The notes under the pieces: generated by a model
What the model saw: only the letters and a program-made list of their open reading frames with translations
Told to the model about the DNA's origin: nothing
The model's database searches: none
Made by a program: the position numbers and the translations under genes
DNA from: an uncultured Candidatus Rokubacteria bacterium
GTDB lineage: Bacteria; Methylomirabilota; Methylomirabilia; Rokubacteriales; CSP1-6
DNA length: 64,000 nucleotides
NCBI GenBank assembly: GCA_963771355.1
Contig: CAVYTA010000006.1
Location: 896,001 to 960,000 of the forward strand
Direction of reading: 5' to 3'
Shown: positions 33,633 through 43,339 of the stretch, in pieces
Layout: the number at the start of each line of letters is the position of its first letter
Position numbering within the stretch: the first letter of the stretch is position 1

Positions 33633-35906
33633 ATGACCGCCCTGGGGAGAATCCTTCTCTCCATTTTTTTTGCCTTCCTCCTCCTGCCGGCCCCTCCGGC
33701 AGGGGCGCAGACACCTCCCGAGCTCAGCCGTCAGATCACCGTCAAGGACCTCGTGGTCCAGGGGAACCGCCGGATCCAGGAGGCGGTGATCGTGGGACGC
33801 GTGAGCACCAAGGTGGGCACCCCTTTCTCGCCCAATCGACTCGCCGAGGACATCCGTGCCATCTTCGCCCTGGGCTATTTCGACGACGTCCAGCTCAAGG
33901 TGGAGGACTTCGAGGGCGGCGTGAAGGTCACCTTCATCGTGGTGGAGCGGCCGTTCGTCCGTGACGTGCAGTTCGCCGGCAACAAGAAACTCGATACCGT
34001 CACCCTCGCCGAGAAGATCGACGTCAAGCTGGGAGCGGTCTACAACCCGGTGGAGGTCACCCGGGCGGCGGAGAAGCTCAAGGACTTCTACGAAGAGGAA
34101 GGGTACTTCGAGGTGCAGGTCACGCCCGACGCCACCAAGCTGCCGGATGGCGACGTGGCCGTCACCTTCCGCATCGCGGAAGGCCGCAAGATCACCATCG
34201 AGGAGATCGTCATCGAAGGCGCCAAGGGCGTCACCCCCAAGCAGATCAAGGCGGTGATGGCCACCCAGGAGCGCCAGTACTACATCCTGCGCGGCACGGT
34301 GGAGCGTCAGAAGCTCGACGACGACCGCGACCGCATCGCATCGCTCTACAACGACCACGGCTACATCCAGGCCCGCGTGGAATCGGCCGACGCCATCGTG
34401 GACAAGGAGCGCGCCCGCGTCACCATCCGGATCGGGGTGGTGGAGGGGCCGCAGTTCATCGTGGGTGGCATCGACATCACGGGGAACAAAGTGGTGCCGG
34501 TGGAGGAGATCCGCCGCCGCATCCCTTTCAAGACCGGAGACGTCTTCTCGCGCGGTAAGGTGCGCGACAGCATCGCCGCCATCCAGGCCCTGTACGGCAC
34601 CATCGGCCGTGCCTCCGCCGACGTGAATCCCCAGTCCTCCCAGGACACCCCGAACCGACGAATCAACCTGACCTACGAGATCAACGAGGGCCCCGAGGTC
34701 TTCGTGGAGCGGATCAACATCACCGGCAACACGCGAAGCCAGGAGAAGATCCTCCGCCGCGAGATCCCAATGCACGAGGGGGACTTCTACACCAGCGCCA
34801 AGCTCGAGCGCGCGAGACAGCGGCTCAACAACCTCGGCTACTTCGAGCAGGTGAAGGCCACCACCTCGCCCGGCTCCGCCAAGGACAAGATCATCGTCAA
34901 CATCGAGGTCACCGAGCGGCCCACCGGGCTCTTCTCGATCGGCGGCGGCTACAGCTCCGCGGACAGCTTCATCGCCACCCTCGATCTCTCGCAGCGGAAC
35001 TTCCTCGGGCGCGGCTGGGAGCTGTTCCTTCGCGTCCGCGCGGGCGCGGAGACCCAGCAGGGCACCATTGGCTTCACCGAGCCCTGGCTCTTCGACCGGC
35101 CGCTATCCGCCGGCTTCGATCTGTTCAACAACCGCCGGATCTTCGACGACTACACTGTCAATTCCCTGGGCGGCGACGTGCGCTTCGGGCATCCGCTCGG
35201 CGACTACTCCCGCTGGAATCTCATCTACCGGCTCACCCAGGACGACATCAGCGACGTCGACGACAACGCCAGCTCCAGCCTCAAGAGCGAGGAAGGGACG
35301 CGCATCACCTCCCTCGTGGGCGGCGCCGTCACCCGGGACACCCGGGACAGCGCCTTCGAGCCCACGCGGGGCTCCATCGTTTCCGTCGGGGCGGACTTCG
35401 CGGGGTTGGGCGGGGACAGCAAGTTCGTGCGCGGGCTCGCCAACATCGCCACCTTCTACAACATCTGGCTGGATCACGTGATCAGCGGGCGCGCGCAGGG
35501 CGCCTACATGGTAGGCTGGTCCAACGATCCGGTGCCCCTGTTCGAGCGGTTTTATTTGGGCGGCGCCAATTCCCTCCGCGGGTTCAAGGCGCGTCAGGTC
35601 TCGCCGGTCGACGAGTCGGGAACCCGGGTGGGGGGCACCATCCAGCTCCTGGGGAACGTGGAATACACGGTGCCGCTGTTCTTCGGGGTCCGGGCAGCGG
35701 TCTTCTATGATGTGGGGCAGGTATACGGACCGGACACGTCGTTCGGCACCACGTTCGACCTCAGCGAGCTCCGGCACAATGCCGGGCTCAGCCTGCGGTG
35801 GGCCTCGCCGTTCGGGCCGCTGCGGATCGACTACGGCTTCAAGCTCGACCGTCGCAAGAACGAAAGCATGGGGGAGTTCCAGTTCTCGGTGGGCGCCCCG
35901 TTCTAA
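33633..35906 (+). CDS. bamA: Outer membrane protein assembly factor BamA
   Basis: Signal peptide, POTRA domains, SLRGF, SPFGPLR, C-terminal Phe. Confidence 0.95.
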   Translation: MTALGRILLSIFFAFLLLPAPPAGAQTPPELSRQITVKDLVVQGNRRIQEAVIVGRVSTKVGTPFSPNRLAEDIRAIFALGYFDDVQLKVEDFEGGVKVTFIVVERPFVRDVQFAGNKKLDTVTLAEKIDVKLGAVYNPVEVTRAAEKLKDFYEEEGYFEVQVTPDATKLPDGDVAVTFRIAEGRKITIEEIVIEGAKGVTPKQIKAVMATQERQYYILRGTVERQKLDDDRDRIASLYNDHGYIQARVESADAIVDKERARVTIRIGVVEGPQFIVGGIDITGNKVVPVEEIRRRIPFKTGDVFSRGKVRDSIAAIQALYGTIGRASADVNPQSSQDTPNRRINLTYEINEGPEVFVERINITGNTRSQEKILRREIPMHEGDFYTSAKLERARQRLNNLGYFEQVKATTSPGSAKDKIIVNIEVTERPTGLFSIGGGYSSADSFIATLDLSQRNFLGRGWELFLRVRAGAETQQGTIGFTEPWLFDRPLSAGFDLFNNRRIFDDYTVNSLGGDVRFGHPLGDYSRWNLIYRLTQDDISDVDDNASSSLKSEEGTRITSLVGGAVTRDTRDSAFEPTRGSIVSVGADFAGLGGDSKFVRGLANIATFYNIWLDHVISGRAQGAYMVGWSNDPVPLFERFYLGGANSLRGFKARQVSPVDESGTRVGGTIQLLGNVEYTVPLFFGVRAAVFYDVGQVYGPDTSFGTTFDLSELRHNAGLSLRWASPFGPLRIDYGFKLDRRKNESMGEFQFSVGAPF

Positions 35907-35938
35907 GACATCGGCATAGAAACGAAGGAGGTACAAAG

Positions 35939-36547
35939 ATGCGTGTGGTCCTCAAGGGATTGCTCCCCGTCCTCGCCCTGGTCGCTGCCTGGTCCCTGGG
36001 CGCCTGGTGGTCGCCGCTCCCCGCGGGGGCGCAGGCGCCGGCCCCCGCGCAGGCCCCGGCCCCGGCTCCGGCTCCCGCCACCGGCGCCACCCGCATTGCC
36101 TTCATCGACTCGCAGCGGGTGGTCGCCCGCTCCGCCGCCGGGGTAGCCGCCCGCGACGCCCTCGAGCGCGAGAAGGCCGCCATGCAGAAGAAGCTGGATG
36201 GTGAGCAGGTGGAGCTGACAAAGCTCAAGGAAGACCTCGAGAAGAAGGGGCAGCTCCTGTCGGCGGAGGTCCGCAAGGAGAAGCAAGAGACCCTCGAGCG
36301 CCGGGTGCGTGACCTGCGGCGGCTCGTGGACGACTTCGAGAAGGACTACACGAAGAAGGACCGTGATCTGATGGGCAAGTTCCTCCGTGAGCTGAGCGGC
36401 GTCGTCCAGAAGGTGGGCAAGGAAAAGGGCTTCACCCTGATCGTCGACGCGCGGGGCGCGGGCGTGATCTACGGAGCGCCCGAGGCGGACTTGACCGAGG
36501 AGATCATCCGGGCCTTCGACGACGAAACCAAGAAGGCCAAGAAGTAG
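35939..36547 (+). CDS. skp: Periplasmic chaperone Skp/OmpH
   Basis: SD AAGGAGG, signal peptide, RIAFID, coiled coil, DLTEEII. Lies between bamA and lpxD. Confidence 0.88.
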   Translation: MRVVLKGLLPVLALVAAWSLGAWWSPLPAGAQAPAPAQAPAPAPAPATGATRIAFIDSQRVVARSAAGVAARDALEREKAAMQKKLDGEQVELTKLKEDLEKKGQLLSAEVRKEKQETLERRVRDLRRLVDDFEKDYTKKDRDLMGKFLRELSGVVQKVGKEKGFTLIVDARGAGVIYGAPEADLTEEIIRAFDDETKKAKK

Positions 36548-37591
36548 GTGGCGGCCGCCGGGCCCTACACGCTCGGGGAGCTGGCGGCGACGCTGGGCGC
36601 CCGGCTCGAGGGCGATCCGGGAGTCCGGGTGCGGGGCGTGGCGCCGCTGGAAACCGCGGGACCCGAGGACGTCTCCTTCGCTCTGGGGGCGCGGCACGGA
36701 CGCGCGGCGGCGGCGAGCCGCGCCGGGGCCATCCTGACCGGCGAGGACGTGACCGGGCTCGCCTGCCCGGTGCTGAGGGTCCCGGCCCCTCAGACCGCCC
36801 TCATCGCCCTGCTCCGCCTTTTCCACCCCGAGCCTCCATTGGACCCCGGCATTCATCGCCTGGCCTGGGTGGCGGAGGGCGCCGAGGTGGATCCAGGCGC
36901 GGCGGTGGGGCCCTTCGCGGTCGTGGAGCAGCGCGCGCACATCGGCCGGGGCAGCCGGGTGGGCGCGCTCTGCTTCGTGGGGGAGGGTGCCCGGCTCGGC
37001 GAAGACGTTCACCTCTACCCCCGGGTGGTCGTGCGCGACGGGGTGCAGATCGGCAACCGCGTCGTCGTCCACTCGGGCGCGGTGCTGGGCGCCGACGGCT
37101 TCGGCTATGCTTTCGATGGGCGCGCCCACCGCAAGATCCCCCAGGTGGGCGGGGTGCGCATCGAGGACGATGTGGAGATCGGCGCGAACACCACCGTGGA
37201 CCGCGCCACCCTCGGCGTAACCGTGATCGGGCGCGGGAGCAAGCTCGACAATCTGGTGCAGGTGGCGCATAACTGCGAGATCGGCGAGGATGTCCTCCTG
37301 GTGTCGCAGGTGGGGGTGGCCGGATCATGCCGCATCGGGAGCCGCGCCGTGCTCGCCGGTCAAGTAGGAGTAGCGGACCACACGATCATCGGGGCGGGAG
37401 CCATCATCACCGCCAAGTCCGGCCTGACAGGCGAGATCCCCGCCGGCACGGTGTGGAGCGGAATCCCCGCACGGCCCAGCGGCGAGACCAAGCGGATCTG
37501 GGCGGCGCAGGGACGGCTGCCGGACCTGCTGCGGCGAGTTCGGGAGCTCGAGGTGCGACTCGGCGAACTGGAGAAGCGAACGACGCCATGA
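36548..37591 (+). CDS. lpxD: UDP-3-O-acylglucosamine N-acyltransferase
   Basis: Hexapeptide repeats, GADGFG, IPQVG, KLDNLVQVAHN. Confidence 0.95.
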   Translation: MAAAGPYTLGELAATLGARLEGDPGVRVRGVAPLETAGPEDVSFALGARHGRAAAASRAGAILTGEDVTGLACPVLRVPAPQTALIALLRLFHPEPPLDPGIHRLAWVAEGAEVDPGAAVGPFAVVEQRAHIGRGSRVGALCFVGEGARLGEDVHLYPRVVVRDGVQIGNRVVVHSGAVLGADGFGYAFDGRAHRKIPQVGGVRIEDDVEIGANTTVDRATLGVTVIGRGSKLDNLVQVAHNCEIGEDVLLVSQVGVAGSCRIGSRAVLAGQVGVADHTIIGAGAIITAKSGLTGEIPAGTVWSGIPARPSGETKRIWAAQGRLPDLLRRVRELEVRLGELEKRTTP

Positions 37592-38415
37592 CCGACATTC
37601 ATCCCGCGGCCTTCGTGGATCCCCGGGCACGGCTGGGCGCGGACGTGCGCGTGGGCCCCGGTACCCTCATCGGGCCCGAGGTGGAGGTGGGCGACGGCGT
37701 GATGATCGGCGCCCACGCCGTGCTCGAGGGGCGCGTCCGGCTCGGCGCCCGCTGCCGCGTGGGCCACGGCGCCATCATCGGCGCGGAGCCCCAGGACCTC
37801 AAGTATCGCGAAGACACCGCGACCGGCGTCCGCATCGGAGAGGGCACCGTGATCCGCGAGTACGCGACCATCCACCGCGCCACCCACGAGGGCCACGACA
37901 CGGTGGTGGGGGCAAATTGCCTCCTCATGGCCACCTGCCACGTGGCCCACGACTGCGTGGTGGGGGATCACGTGATCATGATCAACGGCGCGGCGCTCAC
38001 CGGGCACGTCACGGTGGAGGACCATGCCACCGTGGGCGGTCTCAGCGGCGTCCATCCCTTCACTCGCGTGGGCACCTTCGCCTATATCGGCGGCTGCACC
38101 AAGGTCACGCAGGACGTGCCGCCCTACGTGATGGTGGACGGCGTGCCCGCGGTCGCGCGCGCGGTCAACGTCGTCGGCATGAGGCGGGGCGGCATCGACG
38201 TGGCCGGGCGCCGTCAGGCGCAGGAGGCCTTCCGCATCCTCTACCGGTCGGGGCTCGCCACCGCCGCCGGCGTAGCGCGCCTGCGTGAGGAGCTGGGGGA
38301 CGGCGCGGTGGCGCGCCGCATCGTCACGTTCATCGAGGGCTCCAAGCGCGGCATCGTGGGCGCGGGGGCGGGGGTGGAGCGCGACGGCGCCGAGCTCTCG
38401 GAGCGGGTCCAGTGA
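37588..38415 (+). CDS. lpxA: UDP-GlcNAc(3N) acyltransferase
   Basis: IHPAAFV, PQDLKY, IREYATIHR, HVAHDC, QDVPPY. Confidence 0.95.
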   Translation: MTDIHPAAFVDPRARLGADVRVGPGTLIGPEVEVGDGVMIGAHAVLEGRVRLGARCRVGHGAIIGAEPQDLKYREDTATGVRIGEGTVIREYATIHRATHEGHDTVVGANCLLMATCHVAHDCVVGDHVIMINGAALTGHVTVEDHATVGGLSGVHPFTRVGTFAYIGGCTKVTQDVPPYVMVDGVPAVARAVNVVGMRRGGIDVAGRRQAQEAFRILYRSGLATAAGVARLREELGDGAVARRIVTFIEGSKRGIVGAGAGVERDGAELSERVQ

Positions 38416-39443
38416 GCCCCCTGGCGGAGCCTCGGATTCGCGCGGGGGTGGTGGGCGCCGGCCACATGGGCCAGTACCACATCATCGCCCTCATGGAGCT
38501 GTGGGACGTCGACCTCATCGGGATCGTCGATCAGGATTTCGCACGGGCGGAGGCGCTCGCTGCCACCTACGGTACCAAGGCCTTCCGCGATCACCACGAG
38601 CTGGCGGGGCTGGTGGACGTGGCCACGGTGGCGGTGCCCACCGAGCAGCACTTCGACGTCTCCCGGGATCTCCTCGAGGCCGGCGTCCACGTGCTCGTGG
38701 AAAAGCCCATGACGCCCACCCTGGAGGAGGCGAAAGAGCTCTTCCGCGTGGCGCGCGCCCGCAACCGCGTGCTCCATGTCGGCCACGTGGAGCGCTTCAA
38801 CGGGGCGGTGCAGGAGCTGCGAAAGATCGTCGAGCGCCCCATCCTCATCGAGTCCCGGCGCCTGGGCCCCTTCTCGCCGCGGGTCGCCAAGGATTCCGTG
38901 GTCATCGACCTCATGATCCACGATCTCGACATCGTCCTGGGGCTGGTGGACGGCGAGCCGCGCAAGGTCACCGCCATGGGGGCCTCCGTGCGCTCGGGGC
39001 TGGCCGACGTCGCCAACGTGCAGATCGTCTTCGATGGCGGAACCATGGCCACCATCACCGCCAGTCGCGCCACCGAGGAGAAGATCCGCACTCTCGCCAT
39101 CACCCAGCCCGAGGCTTACATCGTGCTGGACTACCAGAACCAGGACATCCAGATCCATCGGCGGGCGGCGCAGGACTACACCGTGAACCGCGAAGCCATC
39201 CGCTATCGGCAGGCTTCGTTCGTGGAGCACCTGTTCGTCCACAAGGACAACCCCCTCAAGCTCGAGCTTCGCCACCTCATGGCCGCCGCCCGGGCGGCCC
39301 AGTCCACCGGACGCGTGGAGCTGCCGGAGGGGGAAGACCTCCGCTCCCTGGCCGTCGCGCTGGAGGTCGAGCGGATGATCCGCGAGGGCCGGGGGGAAAT
39401 CGCCTGGCCGGAGGATCTTCCGTGGAGCGTTGCCTCGGCCTGA
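38412..39443 (+). CDS. Gfo/Idh/MocA oxidoreductase, probable GnnA (UDP-GlcNAc 3-dehydrogenase)
   Basis: GAGHMG, VEKP, VGHVERFN, DLMIHDLD. Located between lpxA and lpxI/lpxB. Confidence 0.75.
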   Translation: MSPLAEPRIRAGVVGAGHMGQYHIIALMELWDVDLIGIVDQDFARAEALAATYGTKAFRDHHELAGLVDVATVAVPTEQHFDVSRDLLEAGVHVLVEKPMTPTLEEAKELFRVARARNRVLHVGHVERFNGAVQELRKIVERPILIESRRLGPFSPRVAKDSVVIDLMIHDLDIVLGLVDGEPRKVTAMGASVRSGLADVANVQIVFDGGTMATITASRATEEKIRTLAITQPEAYIVLDYQNQDIQIHRRAAQDYTVNREAIRYRQASFVEHLFVHKDNPLKLELRHLMAAARAAQSTGRVELPEGEDLRSLAVALEVERMIREGRGEIAWPEDLPWSVASA

Positions 39444-40228
39444 TGGCCGGGGCCGGGATCATACCCGGCCGCGCCGCCGCTGAAGCACGGCGGCAAGGAT
39501 GGAAGGTCGTGGCGTTTGCCTTCGAAGAGGCGCCCGGCCTCGCCGACGCCGCCGAGCGCGTCCTGCCCTCGTCCATCACCGAGATCCAGACCGTGCTCAC
39601 CGCGCTCGCCGCCGAGCGCGTGACCGCGGTCGCCTTCGTGGGCAAGTTCTGGAAGCAGAGCGTGTTCTCCGCCGCCGGGCGCGGTGATGTCGCGGGCCAG
39701 CGGCTCGGCCGGGAGGGCCTCTCCGACGACGCGCTCGCGCGCATGGCCGTGGTCACGCTGGAAGCCATGGGGGTCGAGGTGCTCGACCAGCGGCGCTTCC
39801 TCGGGCCGTGGCTGCTCAGCGCGGAGCAGCTGACCTCTCGCGCGCCCACGGATGCTGAGTGGGAGGAGATCCGAGCCGGCTGGCGCCTGGCGCGCGAGCT
39901 CGCCAACCGCGGGGTCGGCCAGACGCTGGTGCGCGCCCGCGGCGTCACCGTGGCGGTGGAGGCGTCCGAGGGTACCGACGAGACCATACGGAGAGGCGTC
40001 CGTTTATCGGGCCCGGGCGCGGTGGTGATCAAGGCGGTGGCGGACGATCACGACTTCCGCTTCGATGTGCCCGCGGTGGGGCTGGCCACGCTCGACGCCA
40101 TGGCCGCGGGAGGCGCCACCGCGCTGGCGGTGGCGCGGGGTCGAACCCTCCTGGTGGACGGCGAGGCGGTCATGCGTCGGGCGGAGGAGGCCGGCATCGC
40201 GGTGGTGACGCTCGAGGACGGGGCATGA
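39422..40228 (+). CDS. lpxI: UDP-2,3-diacylglucosamine diphosphatase LpxI
   Basis: GLMAGAG, VGQT, AVEASEGTD, DFRFDVP, plus gene context. Confidence 0.85.
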   Translation: MERCLGLMAGAGIIPGRAAAEARRQGWKVVAFAFEEAPGLADAAERVLPSSITEIQTVLTALAAERVTAVAFVGKFWKQSVFSAAGRGDVAGQRLGREGLSDDALARMAVVTLEAMGVEVLDQRRFLGPWLLSAEQLTSRAPTDAEWEEIRAGWRLARELANRGVGQTLVRARGVTVAVEASEGTDETIRRGVRLSGPGAVVIKAVADDHDFRFDVPAVGLATLDAMAAGGATALAVARGRTLLVDGEAVMRRAEEAGIAVVTLEDGA

Positions 40229-41391
40229 GGCCGCCTTCGACGGGCACCATCATGCTCTCGGCGGGGGAAACCTCCGGCGATCTGCATGGGGGCACGCTCT
40301 GCCGGGCGCTCCGCGAGCTGGATCCCGCGCTGCGGCTGATCGGCATGGGCGGCGCCCGCATGGCGGCGGCCGGCATGGAGGTGGTGGCCGATCCCACCGC
40401 CCACGCGGTGGTGGGCACGAGTGAGGCGGTGGGCCGCGTGCCCGCGCTCTACCGCGCCTATCGCGCCCTGGTCCACCGGCTCCGCGAGGACCGGCCCCGG
40501 GTCCTGGTGGTCATCGACTTCCCGGAGTTCAACATGCGCCTGGCCCGCCAGGCGCGCCGGGCGGGCGTGCCGGTGGTGTTCTTCATCCCCCCCCAGGTGT
40601 GGGCCTGGCGCCGGCGGCGGGTGCGGCTCATCGCCCGGCTGGCGACCCGTGTGCTCGCGGTGTTTCCCTTCGAGCCGCCCATGTACGAGGCCGCGGGCGT
40701 CGCCGTCGAGTTCGTGGGCCATCCGCTTCTCGACGTGCTCCCGCCGGGCCTCGACCGCGCGCGGGCCCGCCTGGGGCTCGGCATCGAGCCCGATCTGTCG
40801 GTGGTGGGTCTCTTCCCGGGCAGCCGGCGCGAGGAGATCATACGCCTCCTGCCGGCGATGCTGGACGCCGCCCGCCGGCTGGTCACGCTCGGCGCACCTA
40901 CCCCGCGCTTCGCGCTGGGGCTCGCGCCTTCGGTGGATCGACGGCTGGTGGAATCGCACCTGGCCACCGCCGAGCGAGCCGGCGGTCCGCCGGTGGAGAT
41001 TCTCGAGCATCGCACGTACGAGCTCATGGCCGCCGCCGACGCCATCCTCATCGCCTCGGGCACGGCCACGCTCGAAGCCGCCCTGCTCGGCACGCCGATG
41101 GTGGTGTGCTATCGCGTGTCCCGCTTCACCGAGCTGATCTCCCGCCTGCTCATCCGCATCCCGAGGATCAGCCTGCCCAATATCGTGGCTGGCCGCGACG
41201 TGGTCCCGGAGCTCCTGCAGAGCGAGGTCACGGGCACACGCCTGGCGCAGGAGGTCCGGCGGCTGCTCGTCGAGCCTGGCGCCGCCGCCGCCCAGCGCGC
41301 GACCTTCGCCGAGCTGCGCGGCCGGCTCGGCGAGCCCGGGGTGGGGCGACGGGCCGCGCGCGCCGTCCTCGCCTCCGCGCGCGCGGCATGA
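40225..41391 (+). CDS. lpxB: Lipid-A-disaccharide synthase
   Basis: AGETSGD, IDFPEFN, PQVWAWR, FVGHP, PGSR, SGTATLE, LPNI. Confidence 0.95.
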   Translation: MRPPSTGTIMLSAGETSGDLHGGTLCRALRELDPALRLIGMGGARMAAAGMEVVADPTAHAVVGTSEAVGRVPALYRAYRALVHRLREDRPRVLVVIDFPEFNMRLARQARRAGVPVVFFIPPQVWAWRRRRVRLIARLATRVLAVFPFEPPMYEAAGVAVEFVGHPLLDVLPPGLDRARARLGLGIEPDLSVVGLFPGSRREEIIRLLPAMLDAARRLVTLGAPTPRFALGLAPSVDRRLVESHLATAERAGGPPVEILEHRTYELMAAADAILIASGTATLEAALLGTPMVVCYRVSRFTELISRLLIRIPRISLPNIVAGRDVVPELLQSEVTGTRLAQEVRRLLVEPGAAAAQRATFAELRGRLGEPGVGRRAARAVLASARAA

Positions 41392-42041
41392 CGGCGTCGC
41401 CCCCACTGGCGCTGCGGCTCGGGCTCCCGCTCGGGGCGGCCGCGCTCCGCCTCCTCGCCAGCACCTGCGCGGTGCGCTTCGCGGAGGGGGACGCGGGCGC
41501 GCGCTGGCGGGCGGGCACGCCGTTCGTGTTCGCCACCTGGCACTCGCGCGTGCTCCTGCTGCCCTACCTCTATCGCGGCCGGCGGCTCCGCGTGCTCACC
41601 AGCCGATCGCGGGACGGCGAGCTGGTGGCGCGCCTCTGCGCCCGCATGGGCCTGGAGGTCGTGCGCGGGTCTTCAAGCCGGGGGGGCGCGAGCGCGCTTC
41701 GCGCCCTCACGCGGTCGCTGGCCGAGGGCGTCAGCGTGATGGTGGTGCCGGATGGCCCCCGTGGGCCCCGGGAGATCGTCAAGCCGGGGCTGGTCACGCT
41801 GGCCGCGCTGACCGGGGCGGCGATCGTGCCGGTGGCGCTGGGCGCCTCCGCCGAGTGGCGGCTGCGCTCCTGGGACGGCTTCCGCATCCCGCGCCCCTTC
41901 GCCCGCTGCGTGATGCGCTTCGCCGCACCCATCGCGGTGGCGCGCGACGCCGATCGCGACGTGCGTGAGGCGGCTCGCAAGGAGATCGAGGCGGCGCTGC
42001 ACGCGGTGAGTGGACACGCGGACGCGGAGGCAGCCGCGTGA
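41388..42041 (+). CDS. DUF374 acyltransferase (LpxJ-like)
   Basis: WH, SRSRDGE, RGSSSRGG, PDGPRGP. Confidence 0.8.
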   Translation: MTASPPLALRLGLPLGAAALRLLASTCAVRFAEGDAGARWRAGTPFVFATWHSRVLLLPYLYRGRRLRVLTSRSRDGELVARLCARMGLEVVRGSSSRGGASALRALTRSLAEGVSVMVVPDGPRGPREIVKPGLVTLAALTGAAIVPVALGASAEWRLRSWDGFRIPRPFARCVMRFAAPIAVARDADRDVREAARKEIEAALHAVSGHADAEAAA

Positions 42042-43339
42042 TGCGCGCGCTCTACTCACTGGTCCTGGTCCTGGCGCTCGTCGTCTACGCACCCTTCGCC
42101 GTGCTGAAGCGGCTCCTGCGCCGCGGGCACCCGCTCAACCTCCGCCAGCGCCTGGGGCATATCGCAAGGGGCCTGCCCCCCGAGCCTCGCTGCTGGGTGC
42201 ACGCAGTCTCGGTGGGCGAAGCGATCACCGCGATCCCGCTGGTCGAAGCAATCCGCCGCCGCTGGCCCGAGCTCGCGGTGGTGTTGACCACGGTCACCCC
42301 CACCGGCGCGCGCATCGTGGTGGACCGGCTCTCGCCGGTGGCCACCCACCGTTATTTCCCGCTCGACCTGCCGGGCCCCGTGCAGCGCGCGCTCGGCGCC
42401 ATCAAGCCGCGCTTCTTCATCGGCATGGAGACCGAGCTCTGGCCGAACTTCCTGGGCGCCCTGGCGGGCCGTGGCATTCCGAGCATGATTGCCAACGGGC
42501 GCATCTCCGACCGGTCGTTCCGGCGTTACCGCTGGGTGCCCTTCCTCACCCGCCGCATGCTCGCCTCCGTCACCGTGTTCGGCATGCAGTCGCAGGAGGA
42601 CGCGCGCCGCATCATTGCCCTGGGCGCCTCGCCGGAACGCGTGGTGGTGACGGGCAGCCTCAAGACGGACGCCGAGCCGGAAAGCGCGGGAAACCGCGAG
42701 CTGTGGGAGAAGCTGCTCCGCCTCGCTCCCGTCGAGCGGGTGTGGGTGGCGGGGAGCACCCATCGGGGGGAGGAAGAGATCGTGGCCGAGGTCTTCGGTC
42801 GCCTCCGGCCGGACCATCCCGACCTCGTGCTCGTGCTGGCTCCCCGTCACCCCGAGCGCGTGACCGAGGTGGAGCGCCTCCTGGCCGGCCGGGGCCTGGC
42901 CGCGGTGCGCCGGAGCCAGCTGCCCACCGCGCGAAGGGGTCAGCCCGTGATCATCCTCGATACGGTGGGCGAGCTGGCGCGCCTGTATCGGCTGGCCGAG
43001 GTGGTCTTCGTGGGGGGCAGCCTGGTGCCCACGGGGGGGCATAATATGCTGGAGCCGGCGCTGCGGGCGAAGCCCGTGCTCTTCGGCCCCTATACGAGCA
43101 ACTTCCGCGACAGCGCCGAGCTGATGCTGGAGGCAGGCGCCGCGCGGCGGGTGGCCGACGCGGCGGGGCTCGAGACGGAGCTTCGGGTGCTACTGGAGAA
43201 GCCGGACCTCGCCCGGGCCATGGGCGAGGCGGGCTTCCAGGCGGTGATCCGGCGGCAGGGCGGGGTGCGGGCCACGCTCGAGCTGGTGGAGCGATATCTG
43301 GCGGCGGAGGAGAGCGGCGAGCGACATGGCGAGCGGTGA
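42038..43339 (+). CDS. waaA: Kdo transferase
   Basis: WVHAVSVGE, ETELWPN, AGSTH, APRHPER, GGHNMLEP. Confidence 0.95.
   Translation: MMRALYSLVLVLALVVYAPFAVLKRLLRRGHPLNLRQRLGHIARGLPPEPRCWVHAVSVGEAITAIPLVEAIRRRWPELAVVLTTVTPTGARIVVDRLSPVATHRYFPLDLPGPVQRALGAIKPRFFIGMETELWPNFLGALAGRGIPSMIANGRISDRSFRRYRWVPFLTRRMLASVTVFGMQSQEDARRIIALGASPERVVVTGSLKTDAEPESAGNRELWEKLLRLAPVERVWVAGSTHRGEEEIVAEVFGRLRPDHPDLVLVLAPRHPERVTEVERLLAGRGLAAVRRSQLPTARRGQPVIILDTVGELARLYRLAEVVFVGGSLVPTGGHNMLEPALRAKPVLFGPYTSNFRDSAELMLEAGAARRVADAAGLETELRVLLEKPDLARAMGEAGFQAVIRRQGGVRATLELVERYLAAEESGERHGER

Noticed and set aside
36029..36080. Ala-Pro repeats in Skp
   Set aside because: Ordinary low-complexity linker after the signal peptide.
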